From: an uncultured Bacteroidales bacterium
GTDB lineage: Bacteria; Bacteroidota; Bacteroidia; Bacteroidales; FEN-979
Direction: 5' to 3'
Assembly: GCA_903845055.1 (NCBI GenBank)
Contig: CAIMWF010000072.1
Span: 4,173 to 68,172, forward strand
Length of the DNA: 64,000 nt
Shown here: in pieces, positions 25,350 through 35,623 of the stretch
How positions within the stretch are numbered: position 1 is the stretch's first letter
Layout: the number at the start of each line of letters is the position of its first letter
Translations under genes and position numbers: made by a program
Notes under the pieces: model-generated
What the model saw: only the letters and a program-made list of their open reading frames with translations
Told to the model about the DNA's origin: nothing
The model's database searches: none

Positions 25350-26273
25350 TTATTTGTTTACCTGGAATGTTTTATCTCCGTTCCTTATAAAGTTGACAAT
25401 TTGTCGCGCCGCTGCAATTCCTGCGTTGACATTTGCCTCTTCGGTCTGTGCGCCCATCTTTTTCGGGGTGCAGAAGAATTTTGCCTTGAAACCGGCTTCG
25501 ATTTCGGCTTTGTTGGTGGGTTCAACATCCGAAAGGTATGCAAAATCTTTCCTTTCCTGGAACATTTTCAGCAGGTCGGCTTCGTTGATCACCTCTGCGC
25601 GGGCTGTGTTCACCAGGCAGCCAGGGGAGGGCATCCTCGAAAGGAGCGCGAAATTGACCGATTGCTTGGTCTGGCTGTTGGCTGGAATGTGGAGCGAAAC
25701 AAAATGGCATGCAGAGTAGAGTTCTTCAACAGTGCTGACCCATTTTACGCCATCCTTCTCGATTTCCTGTCGCGAAATGAAGGGGTCGAAAGCATAAACC
25801 TCCATCCCAAAGCCTTTGGCGATGCGTGCAACATTTTTCCCGACGAACCCGTAAGCATGAATCCCGAGTTTTTTCCCCATGAGTTCACTGCCTGATTTCC
25901 CGTTGAAGAAATTCCTGGCATAATAGACCATCATGCCAAGCGCCAGTTCGGCGACGGCATTGGAATTCTGCCCTGGTGTGTTCATGGCGACCACCCCTTT
26001 AGAAGTGGCAGCCTGCAGGTCGATATTGTCATAGCCGGCGCCGGCACGCACAATGATCTTCAGCTTGTTTCCGGCTTCGATAACTTGTTTGTCGGCCTTG
26101 TCGCTGCGGATGATCACTGCATCAACGTCGGCAACAGCCCTGATGAAATCATCCTGGCTGGTATATCCTTCAAGAAGGACCAGCTCGAAGCCGGCCTCTT
26201 CAACCACTTTCCTGATTCCCTTTACCGCCACGGCGGCAAAGGGCTTATCGGTAGCAACCAATACTTTTGTCAT
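25350..26273 (-). CDS. serA: D-3-phosphoglycerate dehydrogenase (short, ACT-less 2-hydroxyacid dehydrogenase type)
   Basis: 'GIHAYGFVGKNVARIA' is the NAD-binding GxGxxG motif. D-isomer 2-hydroxyacid dehydrogenase fold. It lies immediately downstream of serC. Confidence 0.8.
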   Translation of the reverse strand: MTKVLVATDKPFAAVAVKGIRKVVEEAGFELVLLEGYTSQDDFIRAVADVDAVIIRSDKADKQVIEAGNKLKIIVRAGAGYDNIDLQAATSKGVVAMNTPGQNSNAVAELALGMMVYYARNFFNGKSGSELMGKKLGIHAYGFVGKNVARIAKGFGMEVYAFDPFISRQEIEKDGVKWVSTVEELYSACHFVSLHIPANSQTKQSVNFALLSRMPSPGCLVNTARAEVINEADLLKMFQERKDFAYLSDVEPTNKAEIEAGFKAKFFCTPKKMGAQTEEANVNAGIAAARQIVNFIRNGDKTFQVNK

Positions 26274-26346
26274 AGTTTCAATTTTATAATGAAACAGGGG
26301 TCACCGCCGGAGGATTGGTCCTGCGGCAACGCCTGCCCGGTGATTC

Positions 26347-27417
26347 TTACAGGTTATTTTTCTCAAATTCGTTCATGGCATCCACAAGAGCCTGCACGCT
26401 TTCAAGCGGCAGCGCGTTGTAGGTTGATGCCCTGAATCCTCCGACCGACCGGTGCCCCTTGATCCCGAGCATACCCTTCGATTTGGCGAATTCCATGAAG
26501 GCATCTTCCTTGTCCTTATATTGCTCCTTCATGACGAAACAGATGTTCATCAGCGACCTGCTTTCCTTTTCAACCGTACCGACAAACATCTTGCTGTTGT
26601 CGATTGTGTTGTAAAGCAGGTTCGCCTTCCTGATGTTCATGTCTTCAACAACCTTCACGCCGCCGAGACTCTTGATCCAGCGCAGCGTTTCAAGACAGGT
26701 ATAAATAGCGAACACCGGGGGGGTATTGTAGAGGGAAGGCTCCTTGAGATGGGTGGCATAGTTGAGCATCGTGGGGATCTTCCTTTCGGCTTTGCCGACG
26801 ATGTCTTCCTTGATGATCACAAAAGTGACACCCGCAGGCCCGAGGTTTTTCTGGGCTCCGCCATAAATCATGACATATTTGGAAACATCCACCGGCCGGC
26901 TGAGAATATCCGACGACATGTCGGCGATCATGGGGATGGGGCTGTCCATGTCCGCATGAATCTCCGACCCGTAGATCGTGTTGTTCGTGGTGATGTGGAA
27001 ATAGTCCGCATCGGCGGGGATCGTAAAATCTTTGGGAATATAGTTGAAATTCTTATCGGCCGAGGTGGCGACAACATTCACTTCCCCGAAGAACCTGGCT
27101 TCTTTGATGGCCTTTTGCGCCCAAACGCCGGTTTCAAGGTAGGCGGCTTTTTTATTCAGGAAATTGTAAGGAATCATGCAAAACTGGGTGCTGGCCCCTC
27201 CTCCGAGGAAAATAACCTGGTATCCTGCAGGGATATTGAGGAGTTCCTTGAAAAGAGACATGGTTTCATCAAGAATTGCCTGGAATTCCTTGCTGCGGTG
27301 TGAAATTTCAAGCAATGACAAACCGATACCATTTAGGTCCAGGACAGCTTTAGCTGAATTCTCAACAGCGATGCGAGGCAGAATAGAGGGACCTGCGTTA
27401 AAATTGTGCTTTTTCAT
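26347..27417 (-). CDS. serC: 3-phosphoserine/phosphohydroxythreonine aminotransferase
   Basis: '[14 protein letters not shown]' N-terminus and '[12 protein letters not shown]' with the PLP-lysine. 356 aa. Confidence 0.92.
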   Translation of the reverse strand: MKKHNFNAGPSILPRIAVENSAKAVLDLNGIGLSLLEISHRSKEFQAILDETMSLFKELLNIPAGYQVIFLGGGASTQFCMIPYNFLNKKAAYLETGVWAQKAIKEARFFGEVNVVATSADKNFNYIPKDFTIPADADYFHITTNNTIYGSEIHADMDSPIPMIADMSSDILSRPVDVSKYVMIYGGAQKNLGPAGVTFVIIKEDIVGKAERKIPTMLNYATHLKEPSLYNTPPVFAIYTCLETLRWIKSLGGVKVVEDMNIRKANLLYNTIDNSKMFVGTVEKESRSLMNICFVMKEQYKDKEDAFMEFAKSKGMLGIKGHRSVGGFRASTYNALPLESVQALVDAMNEFEKNNL

Positions 27418-27504
27418 AGTTTATTTGTTTAAGTTACATGGTGTTAAAATTTTTCTAAGCCTGCAGTATTCAGGAAACAAAGTAACCGCTTTTAATTGTG
27501 AATT

Positions 27505-27512
27505 CAAAAATA
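27505..27512 (-). promoter_or_regulatory. Candidate -7 promoter box for serC
   Basis: The minus strand reads TATTTTTG, about 88 nt upstream of the serC ATG. Confidence 0.45.
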
Positions 27513-27663
27513 TATAAAAAAACATAAATGTCAATAATCCGGCGATAAAAATATCAGTTCAGTTGTGCGATATTTCACAGGACCAACATGCTGATAACCG
27601 GTTTCGAACCCGGTCGTCAGGGTTCACCTTAAGCGGGGCGAAGCAGCGCCATCCTGCCGGAGG

Positions 27664-28590
27664 TTACTTCCTGTTCCTGGTCTCAACACCGGCGATATAG
27701 TGCCAGGTTCCCCCGGAAACCTGGAAGGCATCGAATAGTTCACCTGCCGGCACGTAATACTGGAACTGGCCTTCCAGCTGCGGATCAAGCGGTACAAGCC
27801 TGTCGTAAACGATCATCATGCCGGTACTGGTTTTTTCCTCGAAGCCACGCTTTTTGATGTTCCACTTTTTTTCCACAGACATGACCTGCTCTTCATATTT
27901 TAACGACATGGAAGTTGTGGCGGAATAACGGAAAACGACCCGGGTCATGGCGCCTCCTGCAAAATCTGGAAAGAGGGTCATCCCAAACCGGGGCTGCTCC
28001 TGGTCATCAAACGACAGTACCTCGATGATTTTACGGGTTACGGCTGCATTGCTACCCGCCCATCCCAGCAGGGTATAGCATCTTTTACCGCTTTTCGCCT
28101 CCATGGCAATAATTCGGTAATAAAGGGCGCCGAACCAGTGGTGGCAGTCAAGAATGGCAGTTTCGGGCGACGCAATCGAGTCGGAACGGTCGTCGAGGGG
28201 GAATACCACCGGGAGATCGTGCTTCAGCAGTTTAATAAACCCATAACACCGGCTTCGGCCGTCGTGGTCGGGAAGGTTCCAGTGGAATATCCTGAACGCA
28301 TGGTCCTCCGGGGCGATCTTGATCAGCGTTTTCAGGGATTCAAAAGTGTATTCATCGGCACCCGGAAGAATCAGCGCCTGCGCCAGGGCCTGCCTGAATT
28401 GAAGGTTAATATGGTCTTTTGTGCTGTCATCCCCGGCCTGGTTCAGCCGTTTCAGCAGGGCCGAAAGGGTGTCTTCCGCCTGCTTTAGTTTCTGCGACTG
28501 GGAAAAAACGGGTGAGCCGGCCCCGGCAGTAAATACAAGTATAATCAGGATGATCGGGAAGCGTTTCAGTGATTTCAGGTTATTCTGCAT
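27664..28590 (-). CDS. Hypothetical secreted protein
   Basis: Signal peptide 'FPIILIILVFTAGAGSPVFSQ'. No recognisable domain. Codon usage is coding-like and there is no competing ORF. Confidence 0.5.
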   Translation of the reverse strand: MQNNLKSLKRFPIILIILVFTAGAGSPVFSQSQKLKQAEDTLSALLKRLNQAGDDSTKDHINLQFRQALAQALILPGADEYTFESLKTLIKIAPEDHAFRIFHWNLPDHDGRSRCYGFIKLLKHDLPVVFPLDDRSDSIASPETAILDCHHWFGALYYRIIAMEAKSGKRCYTLLGWAGSNAAVTRKIIEVLSFDDQEQPRFGMTLFPDFAGGAMTRVVFRYSATTSMSLKYEEQVMSVEKKWNIKKRGFEEKTSTGMMIVYDRLVPLDPQLEGQFQYYVPAGELFDAFQVSGGTWHYIAGVETRNRK

Positions 28591-28666
28591 CGGTTTGGCA
28601 AGTCACGTCGATGACAAAATTACTGAATTAAGATCACCTTTCCGCCGGAATTTTAAAACACTCTCG

Positions 28667-28674
28667 TAACTTTG
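28667..28674 (+). promoter_or_regulatory. Candidate -7 promoter box for the acyl-CoA reductase-like gene
   Basis: TAACTTTG, 12 nt upstream of the ATG. Confidence 0.55.
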
Positions 28675-28685
28675 CCAAAAAAAAG

Positions 28686-29726
28686 ATGGAGCTGGCAAGC
28701 CGGATCAGGTCGTTTGAAATGCTGGGGGACTGGCTCCGCCGGTATCGCGAAAATACCGTGGATCGCGAACTTGACTCCCTTACAAAAGCGGCCGTCAGGG
28801 CCTCTGTGGAAAACCAGTGGTTTACCCCCGCCTATGTCGCCATGGCCCTCAACAACCTGGGCAGTGCGTTGCAGCCTTCAAACCTTTCACGCTGGCTGGC
28901 GCCATACCGCGAAAGGCTGCTCAACCCGCCGGCACAAAAAACGGTTGGTGTCGTCATGGCAGGCAACATCCCGGCAGTCGGATTTCATGACTTCCTTTGC
29001 GTCCTCATCTCGGGAAACCGCCTGACCGGCAGGCTGTCATCCTCCGACGCGGTCCTGATTCCCGCCATGGCAGGCATTCTGACGGAACTGGATCCGGGAT
29101 GGCGCGACATGGCTCATTTTACAACCGGGCGGCTGGAAGGATTCGATGCCATCATCGCCACCGGGAGTGACAACACCTCCCGGTATTTTGATTTTTATTT
29201 TGGCAAATACCCGCACATCATACGTCACAACAGGAACAGCGTTGCCATCCTTCACGGAACCGAGGATGAAACAACCCTTGGCAGGCTTGCAGGCGACATC
29301 ATGCACTATTTCGGGCTGGGGTGCCGGAATGTTTCAAAAATATATGTTCCGCAGGGATATGATTTCTCCGGATTGACCGGGGCCCTGTCGCAATTCAGTC
29401 ATTTTACCGATCACCATAAATATTATAACAACTATGAATACAGCAGGTCCATTTTCATGGTGGGGCAGGTGCCATTTACCGATGCGGGGTGCCTGCTGCT
29501 CCGCGAAGATCCGTCGCTCGCATCGCGTGTGGCGGTGCTGCATTACGAATATTATGATGTGCCCGGCCAATTGATCGCGCGCCTCGGGCAAGACAAAGAT
29601 TCCATCCAATGCATCGTCAGCGCATTCCCGGTTGCCATAAAGTCCGTATTGCCGGGCGAAGCCCAGAACCCGGCAGTGTGGGAGTATGCCGACGAACTGG
29701 ATACCCTCGACTTTTTACTTTCCTGA
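28686..29726 (+). CDS. LuxC-like acyl-CoA reductase family protein
   Basis: 346 aa. The overall pattern ('[23 protein letters not shown]', '[13 protein letters not shown]') resembles the Bacteroidota acyl-CoA reductase family. The assignment is by recollection only. Confidence 0.55.
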   Translation: MELASRIRSFEMLGDWLRRYRENTVDRELDSLTKAAVRASVENQWFTPAYVAMALNNLGSALQPSNLSRWLAPYRERLLNPPAQKTVGVVMAGNIPAVGFHDFLCVLISGNRLTGRLSSSDAVLIPAMAGILTELDPGWRDMAHFTTGRLEGFDAIIATGSDNTSRYFDFYFGKYPHIIRHNRNSVAILHGTEDETTLGRLAGDIMHYFGLGCRNVSKIYVPQGYDFSGLTGALSQFSHFTDHHKYYNNYEYSRSIFMVGQVPFTDAGCLLLREDPSLASRVAVLHYEYYDVPGQLIARLGQDKDSIQCIVSAFPVAIKSVLPGEAQNPAVWEYADELDTLDFLLS

Positions 29727-29767
29727 AGCCAAATTGAAAAAAACTTTGCAAATCAAATTAAAATCAT

Positions 29768-29775
29768 TAATTTTG
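29768..29775 (+). promoter_or_regulatory. Candidate -7 promoter box for rpmE
   Basis: TAATTTTG, 28 nt upstream of the ATG. Confidence 0.6.
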
Positions 29776-29802
29776 CGCCCTCATTTAAAATACCAATTAG
29801 CA

Positions 29803-30072
29803 ATGAAAAAGGATATTCACCCGAAAGACTACCGCCTGGTTGTATTTAAAGATATGTCGAACGAGTATGCATTCATCTCGAAATCGACCGTTAAAACGAA
29901 AGAAACCATTTTGTGGGAAGATGGCAAGGAATATCCATTGATCAAGCTGGAAATTTCGCATACATCGCATCCTTTTTATACCGGAAAGATGAAACTGGTC
30001 GATACTGCCGGACGCGTTGACAAATTTAAAAGCCGTTACCAGAAACATATCGACAGGAATAACGCAAAATAA
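29803..30072 (+). CDS. rpmE: 50S ribosomal protein L31, type B (no CxxC zinc motif)
   Basis: '[10 protein letters not shown]...HPFYTGK' signature with no cysteines. The ATG at 29803 lies inside a longer track ORF. Confidence 0.9.
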   Translation: MKKDIHPKDYRLVVFKDMSNEYAFISKSTVKTKETILWEDGKEYPLIKLEISHTSHPFYTGKMKLVDTAGRVDKFKSRYQKHIDRNNAK

Positions 30073-30098
30073 CCTGGTCAGACAATATTTTCCGAAAA

Positions 30099-30127
30099 GC
30101 CTCCGTTTTTCTGCGGAGGCTTTTTTT
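30099..30127 (+). terminator. Rho-independent terminator after rpmE
   Basis: Stem gcctccg (30099-30105) with cggaggc (30114-30120), an 8-nt loop, then T7 (30121-30127). Confidence 0.85.
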
Positions 30128-30142
30128 ATTCTTATTATTTTA

Positions 30143-30150
30143 TAATTTTG
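30143..30150 (+). promoter_or_regulatory. Candidate -7 promoter box for the GlmU-like gene
   Basis: TAATTTTG, 47 nt upstream of the ATG. Confidence 0.55.
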
Positions 30151-30196
30151 CAAAGATAAAAACATAATTTTTTCCTTGTTTTAATTCTGTTACCCC

Positions 30197-31387
30197 ATGA
30201 ATTACATACTCTTCGATGAAAATGTTGTTCGGACGAACCTGCTTCCCTTAACTTTTGTCCGGCCGGTTGCCGACATCAGGATCGGTATCCTGACGATCCG
30301 CGAGAAATGGGAGAAACGCCTGAAGGCTACAACCTCCTCCCTCACCGAAGGATACCTTGCGGCCAAGTTCCCAATCGTAAAAGAGGCGGAGAATGTCCTG
30401 ATAAACAGTTCCATCTGTCCCAATGATGAGATCATCGCTGCCATCAAAAACCTGAAGCACAACCAGACCGTCGTATACAAGGATACCATCATTGCACTGC
30501 ATGTTACCGAAGAGGAACTTGATTCGCTTGGCGACCCCGCAACGGAAGGAATCGAAGAGATCAGGATCTCCGATGCACCACTGAAGATCAACCACACCTG
30601 GGAAGTTTTTTCAAAAAACGAACTCGCCATTGCCGACGATTTTCAACTGCTGACCAAAGGCAGGAAATCACAGGTTATAAGCGATACAAACAAGGTGCTG
30701 GGAGCCTCAAACATCTTCGTTGAAAAAGGCGCGGTGATAGAATGCGCCATCCTGAATGCCACCACCGGCCCCATCTATATCGGTAAAAATGCACACATCA
30801 TGGAAGGGGCGGTCATCCGCGGACCCTTCGCGCTCTGCGAGGGTGCAGAGGTTAAAATGGCAGCCAAGATCTACGGTCCCACCACGGTCGGTCCCTGGTG
30901 CCGCGTCGGGGGAGAAATCAACAATTCTGTACTCTTCGGTTACTCCAACAAGGCGCACGACGGATTCATGGGACATTCGGTTATCGGCGAGTGGTGCAAT
31001 CTTGGAGCCGACACCAATACATCCAACCTGAAAAACACCTACGACAACGTCAGGCTGTGGAGTTATGGCAAACAAACCTTTGTCAACACACACCTCCAAT
31101 TCTGCGGGCTGATCATGGGCGACCACTCCAAATGTGCCATCGATACCAATTTCAACACCGGAACCGTGGTCGGCGTAAACGCCAATATTTTCGGCGCGGG
31201 GTTCCAGCGCAATTTCATCGCCTCCTTTACCTGGGGTGGCACGGCAGGCTACACCAATTACAGCATTAAAAAGGCGATCGAGGTGGCCGAGATCGTGTTC
31301 AGGCGCAGAAACCGCGAATTCAACGATGTTGAAAAAGATCTGCTCACCAGCGTCTATAACGTTACGTTGAAAAATAAATACCTGTAA
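30197..31387 (+). CDS. GlmU-like putative sugar nucleotidyltransferase / left-handed beta-helix protein
   Basis: The C-terminal half has hexapeptide repeats ('GAVIRGP','GAEVKMA','GPWCRVGGEI','GEWCNLGADT'). The N-terminal domain lacks the canonical GxGTR motif. Confidence 0.6.
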   Translation: MNYILFDENVVRTNLLPLTFVRPVADIRIGILTIREKWEKRLKATTSSLTEGYLAAKFPIVKEAENVLINSSICPNDEIIAAIKNLKHNQTVVYKDTIIALHVTEEELDSLGDPATEGIEEIRISDAPLKINHTWEVFSKNELAIADDFQLLTKGRKSQVISDTNKVLGASNIFVEKGAVIECAILNATTGPIYIGKNAHIMEGAVIRGPFALCEGAEVKMAAKIYGPTTVGPWCRVGGEINNSVLFGYSNKAHDGFMGHSVIGEWCNLGADTNTSNLKNTYDNVRLWSYGKQTFVNTHLQFCGLIMGDHSKCAIDTNFNTGTVVGVNANIFGAGFQRNFIASFTWGGTAGYTNYSIKKAIEVAEIVFRRRNREFNDVEKDLLTSVYNVTLKNKYL

Positions 31388-31481
31388 TCCTCAGAAAAAA
31401 TTTTCTGGCACATTAATTGTCTTACTCTCCATCCCGGGTGTTGTGCCGGGACCGGTGACAATTTGACTTTATTTGAAAAAT

Positions 31482-33938
31482 ATGGAAAATCCGATGGAGC
31501 ACGGTTCGCTGATGTTTTCAGACCTGATTGACTCAGAAACTGAGTTTATTCCCCTGTTATCCTCCGAAGACGAAGAGGCGATGAACACCGAGGAGGTACC
31601 CGATGTACTGCCAATCCTGCCATTACGGAATACAGTGCTTTTTCCGGGAGTGGTGATCCCCATCACGGTGGGTCGCGACAAATCGATCAAACTCATCCGC
31701 GAGTATTACAAGGGCACCCGGATCATCGGCGTGGTGGCACAGAAAGACCCGAATGTCGAAGACCCTGAATTCACCGACCTTCACCCGGTCGGAACGGTTG
31801 CCTATATCATCAAGATCCTCCAGATGCCCGACGGAAGCAATACCGCCATCATCCAGGGGAAACGCCGCTTTGCCATCAGGGAACTGGTTCAGACGGATCC
31901 CTATTTCATTTCCACCACCTCCGCATTTGAAACACCGGGAGTACCTCCTGAAAACGGCGAATTCAACGCCCTGATCTCCTCGCTGAAGGACCTTGCCATA
32001 CAACTCATCAACAAATCGCCGAACATCCCTTCGGAGGCAGCCTTCGCCATCAAGAACATCGAATCACCTTCCTTCCTGGTCCACTTTATCTCCTCAAATC
32101 TCAACATCGAACTTGCAGACAAGCAAAAGTTGCTTGAGATTTCCGACCTGACCGAATGTGCCAACCTGGTGTTAAGCTACCTGACCAAAGAGCTCCAGGT
32201 CGCCGATCTTAAGCAGCTGATCCAGAACAAGGTAAAAACCGACCTCGACAAGCAGCAGCGGGATTTCCTGCTGAACCAGCAGCTTAAAACCATCCAGGAA
32301 GAGTTAGGTGGAAACCCCAATGCACAGGAGATCAACACACTCCGCGAACAGGCCCGCGATAAAAAGTGGTCGAAAGAAGTGGCTGAAGTTTTCGAGAAGG
32401 AGATGAACAAACTTCAGCGGATGCACCCCATGGCTGCCGAATACTCCATCCAGACCAACTATCTTGAAACGCTGGTGCAGCTTCCTTGGGGCGAATACTC
32501 AGCCGATAATCTCGACCTGCAGCATGCCCGGCAGGTACTTGATGAAGATCATTTCGGCCTTGAAAAGGTCAAGGAACGGATCATCGAATATCTTGCGGTG
32601 ATTAAGCTCAAGCGCGATCTTAAATCCCCGATCCTTTGCCTGGTGGGCCCCCCGGGGGTCGGAAAAACCTCACTGGGAAAAAGCATCGCACGCGCCCTCG
32701 GTCGAAAATACACCCGGATGTCGCTTGGTGGCCTCCGTGATGAATCTGAATTGCGGGGCCATCGTAAAACATATATCGGCGCCATGCCAGGCCGGATTCT
32801 GCAAAGCCTTAGAAAAGTCAAAACCTCCAACCCTGTTTTCGTCCTCGACGAAATTGACAAGGTGATGGGAATGAACATCAACGGCGACCCTCAGGCGGCC
32901 CTGCTCGAGGTGCTCGACCCGGAACAGAATGTGGCATTCTACGACAATTACCTTGAAATTGAATATGATCTCTCAAGGATCATGTTCATCGCCACGGCAA
33001 ACACCCTGAGTACCATCCACCCGGCCCTGCGCGACCGGATGGAGATCATCGATATTCCTGGTTACCTCATGGAGGAAAAGGTGGAGATTGCCACCAGGCA
33101 CCTGCTGCCCAAACAGCTCATGGAACATGGCGTGAAGAAAAACCAGCTGCTCTTTACAAAGGAACTCCTGCAGCAGATCATCGAGGATTACACGCGCGAA
33201 TCAGGAGTACGATCCCTAGAAAAGGGCATTGCCCGGATCATACGGAGCAAGGTGATCTCGATTGTGACAAATGAAAAATTCAAGAAAAAGCTTACCGGAG
33301 TTGATTTGAAGAAAATCATGGGAATCCCCATTTTCCAGGTTGAGAAATCGATCAGCAACGATATTGCCGGCGTGGTCACCGGGCTTGCATGGACCATGTT
33401 CGGCGGTGATATCCTTTTCGTGGAGGTAAGCCTCAGCAGGGGCAAGGGCGACCTTACCCTTACCGGTAACCTGGGGGATGTGATGAAGGAATCGGCTTCC
33501 ATTGCACTTGCATACCTCAAGGCGCATTCCGAAGTTTTCTCCATCGACCCGGGAGTCTTCCAGCACTGGAATGTCCATATCCATGTTCCCGAAGGCGCTA
33601 CTCCCAAAGACGGTCCTTCGGCGGGGATCACCATGTTCACCGCCCTGGCATCAGCATTTACACAATGCAAGGTGCGAAACAGGCTTGCCATGACAGGGGA
33701 GATCACGCTCAGGGGGAAAGTCCTGCCGGTTGGCGGTATCAAGGAAAAAATGCTGGCAGCACGCCGCGCCAACCTGACGGATATCGTACTTTCAAGGGAA
33801 AACCAGAAGGACATCGAGGAGATCAAGGCCGACTATATCGAAGGGATGAAATTTCATTACATCGACGAAATGAAGGAGATCAGGGATTTTGCCCTGCTGC
33901 CCGAAAAGGTTGCCAACCCCCTTGCAATGAATTATTAA
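31482..33938 (+). CDS. lon: ATP-dependent endopeptidase Lon
   Basis: LON N-domain 'LPILPLRNTVLFPGVVIPI', Walker A 'GPPGVGKTS' and catalytic 'PKDGPSAGITM'. I prefer the ATG at 31482 over the track's TTG at 31473. Confidence 0.93.
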   Translation: MENPMEHGSLMFSDLIDSETEFIPLLSSEDEEAMNTEEVPDVLPILPLRNTVLFPGVVIPITVGRDKSIKLIREYYKGTRIIGVVAQKDPNVEDPEFTDLHPVGTVAYIIKILQMPDGSNTAIIQGKRRFAIRELVQTDPYFISTTSAFETPGVPPENGEFNALISSLKDLAIQLINKSPNIPSEAAFAIKNIESPSFLVHFISSNLNIELADKQKLLEISDLTECANLVLSYLTKELQVADLKQLIQNKVKTDLDKQQRDFLLNQQLKTIQEELGGNPNAQEINTLREQARDKKWSKEVAEVFEKEMNKLQRMHPMAAEYSIQTNYLETLVQLPWGEYSADNLDLQHARQVLDEDHFGLEKVKERIIEYLAVIKLKRDLKSPILCLVGPPGVGKTSLGKSIARALGRKYTRMSLGGLRDESELRGHRKTYIGAMPGRILQSLRKVKTSNPVFVLDEIDKVMGMNINGDPQAALLEVLDPEQNVAFYDNYLEIEYDLSRIMFIATANTLSTIHPALRDRMEIIDIPGYLMEEKVEIATRHLLPKQLMEHGVKKNQLLFTKELLQQIIEDYTRESGVRSLEKGIARIIRSKVISIVTNEKFKKKLTGVDLKKIMGIPIFQVEKSISNDIAGVVTGLAWTMFGGDILFVEVSLSRGKGDLTLTGNLGDVMKESASIALAYLKAHSEVFSIDPGVFQHWNVHIHVPEGATPKDGPSAGITMFTALASAFTQCKVRNRLAMTGEITLRGKVLPVGGIKEKMLAARRANLTDIVLSRENQKDIEEIKADYIEGMKFHYIDEMKEIRDFALLPEKVANPLAMNY

Positions 33939-33942
33939 CACG

Positions 33943-35619
33943 CTACCTGGTGGTTCTTCCCGGTATGGTCGTGGCCTCCTTCAGCAGGATGTTCCTGGCA
34001 GGATCAAAGGTAATCTTTACGGGTGGCTTGTCAAAACTGAAACTGAAGTCCTGGTGATTCGTATCGTTCATGACCCCCAATAATGTATTGCTTCCGTCTG
34101 CAAAATCAACCTCTATCGCCAGCGGCATTCTAAAGAATACTGTGTTGGTCTGAACCTGGTTAACGGTGAATTTCATTCGCCACTCCCTCGAACTCAGGCT
34201 GTCGATATCATAAGTGTTGGCGTATACCGGGTGGTTGGGTGCATATACCCATTCGTTGAAAAACCAGTTCATGTCAGTGCGGGTCACCTCGTTGACTTTG
34301 TCGACAAAATCGCGTGTGAGGGCATTCCCGAACATCAGGGAGGTATCGGTTGCATAGGCTTGAAGTACTTTGAAGAACATTGAATCCCCCAGTATCCTTC
34401 TCAACTGGTACAGGACGCAGGCGCCCTTGTTGTAGGTGATGCTCTGGTTGTACAGCGTATTCGCATCGGGAGCACGGATGGCCCATCGGGCATGCCAGAG
34501 CGGCCAGCCGGGGTTGTAGCGGAGGTAATAACCTGCAAGTGCGGTCATCCCCGACACGTATGCCCTTTTCCCTTTTGTGCGCTCAACCCAGAGGATTTGC
34601 GAGAAGGTGGCAAATCCCTCGTTCAGCCAGATGTCGGCCCACGTACCACAGGTGATCAGGTCGCCAAACCACTGGTGTGAATGTTCATGAACAAGCAGGT
34701 TGGCGTCGTTGTAACCGCCCGGCATCAGGTTCACCATCGACTGATCCTCCATGCCCCCCCAGGCAAACGTGCTGTTCAGGGTCGCGAAACCGATCTTTTC
34801 GAAGGGATAATCCCCGAAGAGCATGGAGAAAAAATTTGTTGATGAGGCGATGGTGGTATCGGCAATCCTGAAATCCTCGCCGGGGTCGTAATAACAAACA
34901 ACGGGAATGCTGTCGAAATTTTTTAATGGTTTATGCCAATAGCTCCTGTGAATAAGAAAGTTCACCTTCGAGGTGAAGGTAATCAGGTAGGTTGCTACCG
35001 GGATCTTCGACACCCAATGGTACCTGACCGTGTTGCCAGAGATCACGGAATCGGTTAGGAGCCCGTTTGATCCGAGCCTCACATCCAGGGGAACCCTTGC
35101 AAAAAGCTCCCAGGTGGCTTTATCGGAGGGCAGGTCCCAGCAGGGCATCCATTTTCGCGCTCCTTCGGGCGGCGAATCGGTGAACACCGTTCCGGAGGAG
35201 GAATAAAACCCTTTGTCGTCCACATTCCTGTGGCGGTAGTAAATTCGGACCTTCAGCTGTTCACCAGGCTTATAGGTGCGGCTCAGCCTGATGGCCAGCG
35301 TATCATGCAGGTGCCTGAAGGAACTCCCGGCCATTCTTACCGAATCGATGACAATGGAACTATTGACCGCGTTGAGCCTGATCGTTTTAAGAACAGAGTC
35401 TGCCTTCAGGGTAATGACAACATTGGCAGAGAAACCCGATGGAAATGGCTTTGAATAGCAGGAAACCAGGTCGACATCCAGACGGTAGTTCAAAACATCG
35501 TAACTGTGCCTGGTATAAAATGAGGCGGTGTCAATTGGAAACGGCAGAATGCGAACGGCAAACACCGGGGTCGCTGCCATGAAACACCAGCAAAAGGCAG
35601 CAAAGAATAATGACCTCAT
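33943..35619 (-). CDS. M1 family metallopeptidase (aminopeptidase N-like), signal peptide, no T9SS domain
   Basis: 'HEHSHQWFGDLITCGTWADIWLNEGFATF' carries the HEXXH-18-E motif. The ATG at 35619 gives the signal peptide 'MRSLFFAAFCWCFMAATPVFA'. The track extension overlaps the upstream gene. Confidence 0.85.
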   Translation of the reverse strand: MRSLFFAAFCWCFMAATPVFAVRILPFPIDTASFYTRHSYDVLNYRLDVDLVSCYSKPFPSGFSANVVITLKADSVLKTIRLNAVNSSIVIDSVRMAGSSFRHLHDTLAIRLSRTYKPGEQLKVRIYYRHRNVDDKGFYSSSGTVFTDSPPEGARKWMPCWDLPSDKATWELFARVPLDVRLGSNGLLTDSVISGNTVRYHWVSKIPVATYLITFTSKVNFLIHRSYWHKPLKNFDSIPVVCYYDPGEDFRIADTTIASSTNFFSMLFGDYPFEKIGFATLNSTFAWGGMEDQSMVNLMPGGYNDANLLVHEHSHQWFGDLITCGTWADIWLNEGFATFSQILWVERTKGKRAYVSGMTALAGYYLRYNPGWPLWHARWAIRAPDANTLYNQSITYNKGACVLYQLRRILGDSMFFKVLQAYATDTSLMFGNALTRDFVDKVNEVTRTDMNWFFNEWVYAPNHPVYANTYDIDSLSSREWRMKFTVNQVQTNTVFFRMPLAIEVDFADGSNTLLGVMNDTNHQDFSFSFDKPPVKITFDPARNILLKEATTIPGRTTR

Positions 35620-35623
35620 ACGG

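Noticed and set aside
27596-27615. The tRNA T-arm-like sequence aaccggTTTCGAACccggtc in the serC-upstream gap.
   Set aside because: The loop is 8 nt rather than 7. On neither strand could I find a complementary acceptor stem, D-arm or anticodon arm in the flanking 80 nt. It is most likely just a small hairpin downstream of the 27664-28590 gene.
30151-30158. A reverse-strand TAnnTTTG match (TATCTTTG on the minus strand) overlapping the GlmU-like gene promoter.
   Set aside because: It arises from the palindromic core TTTGCAAA. There is no minus-strand gene to drive, because rpmE upstream is on the plus strand.
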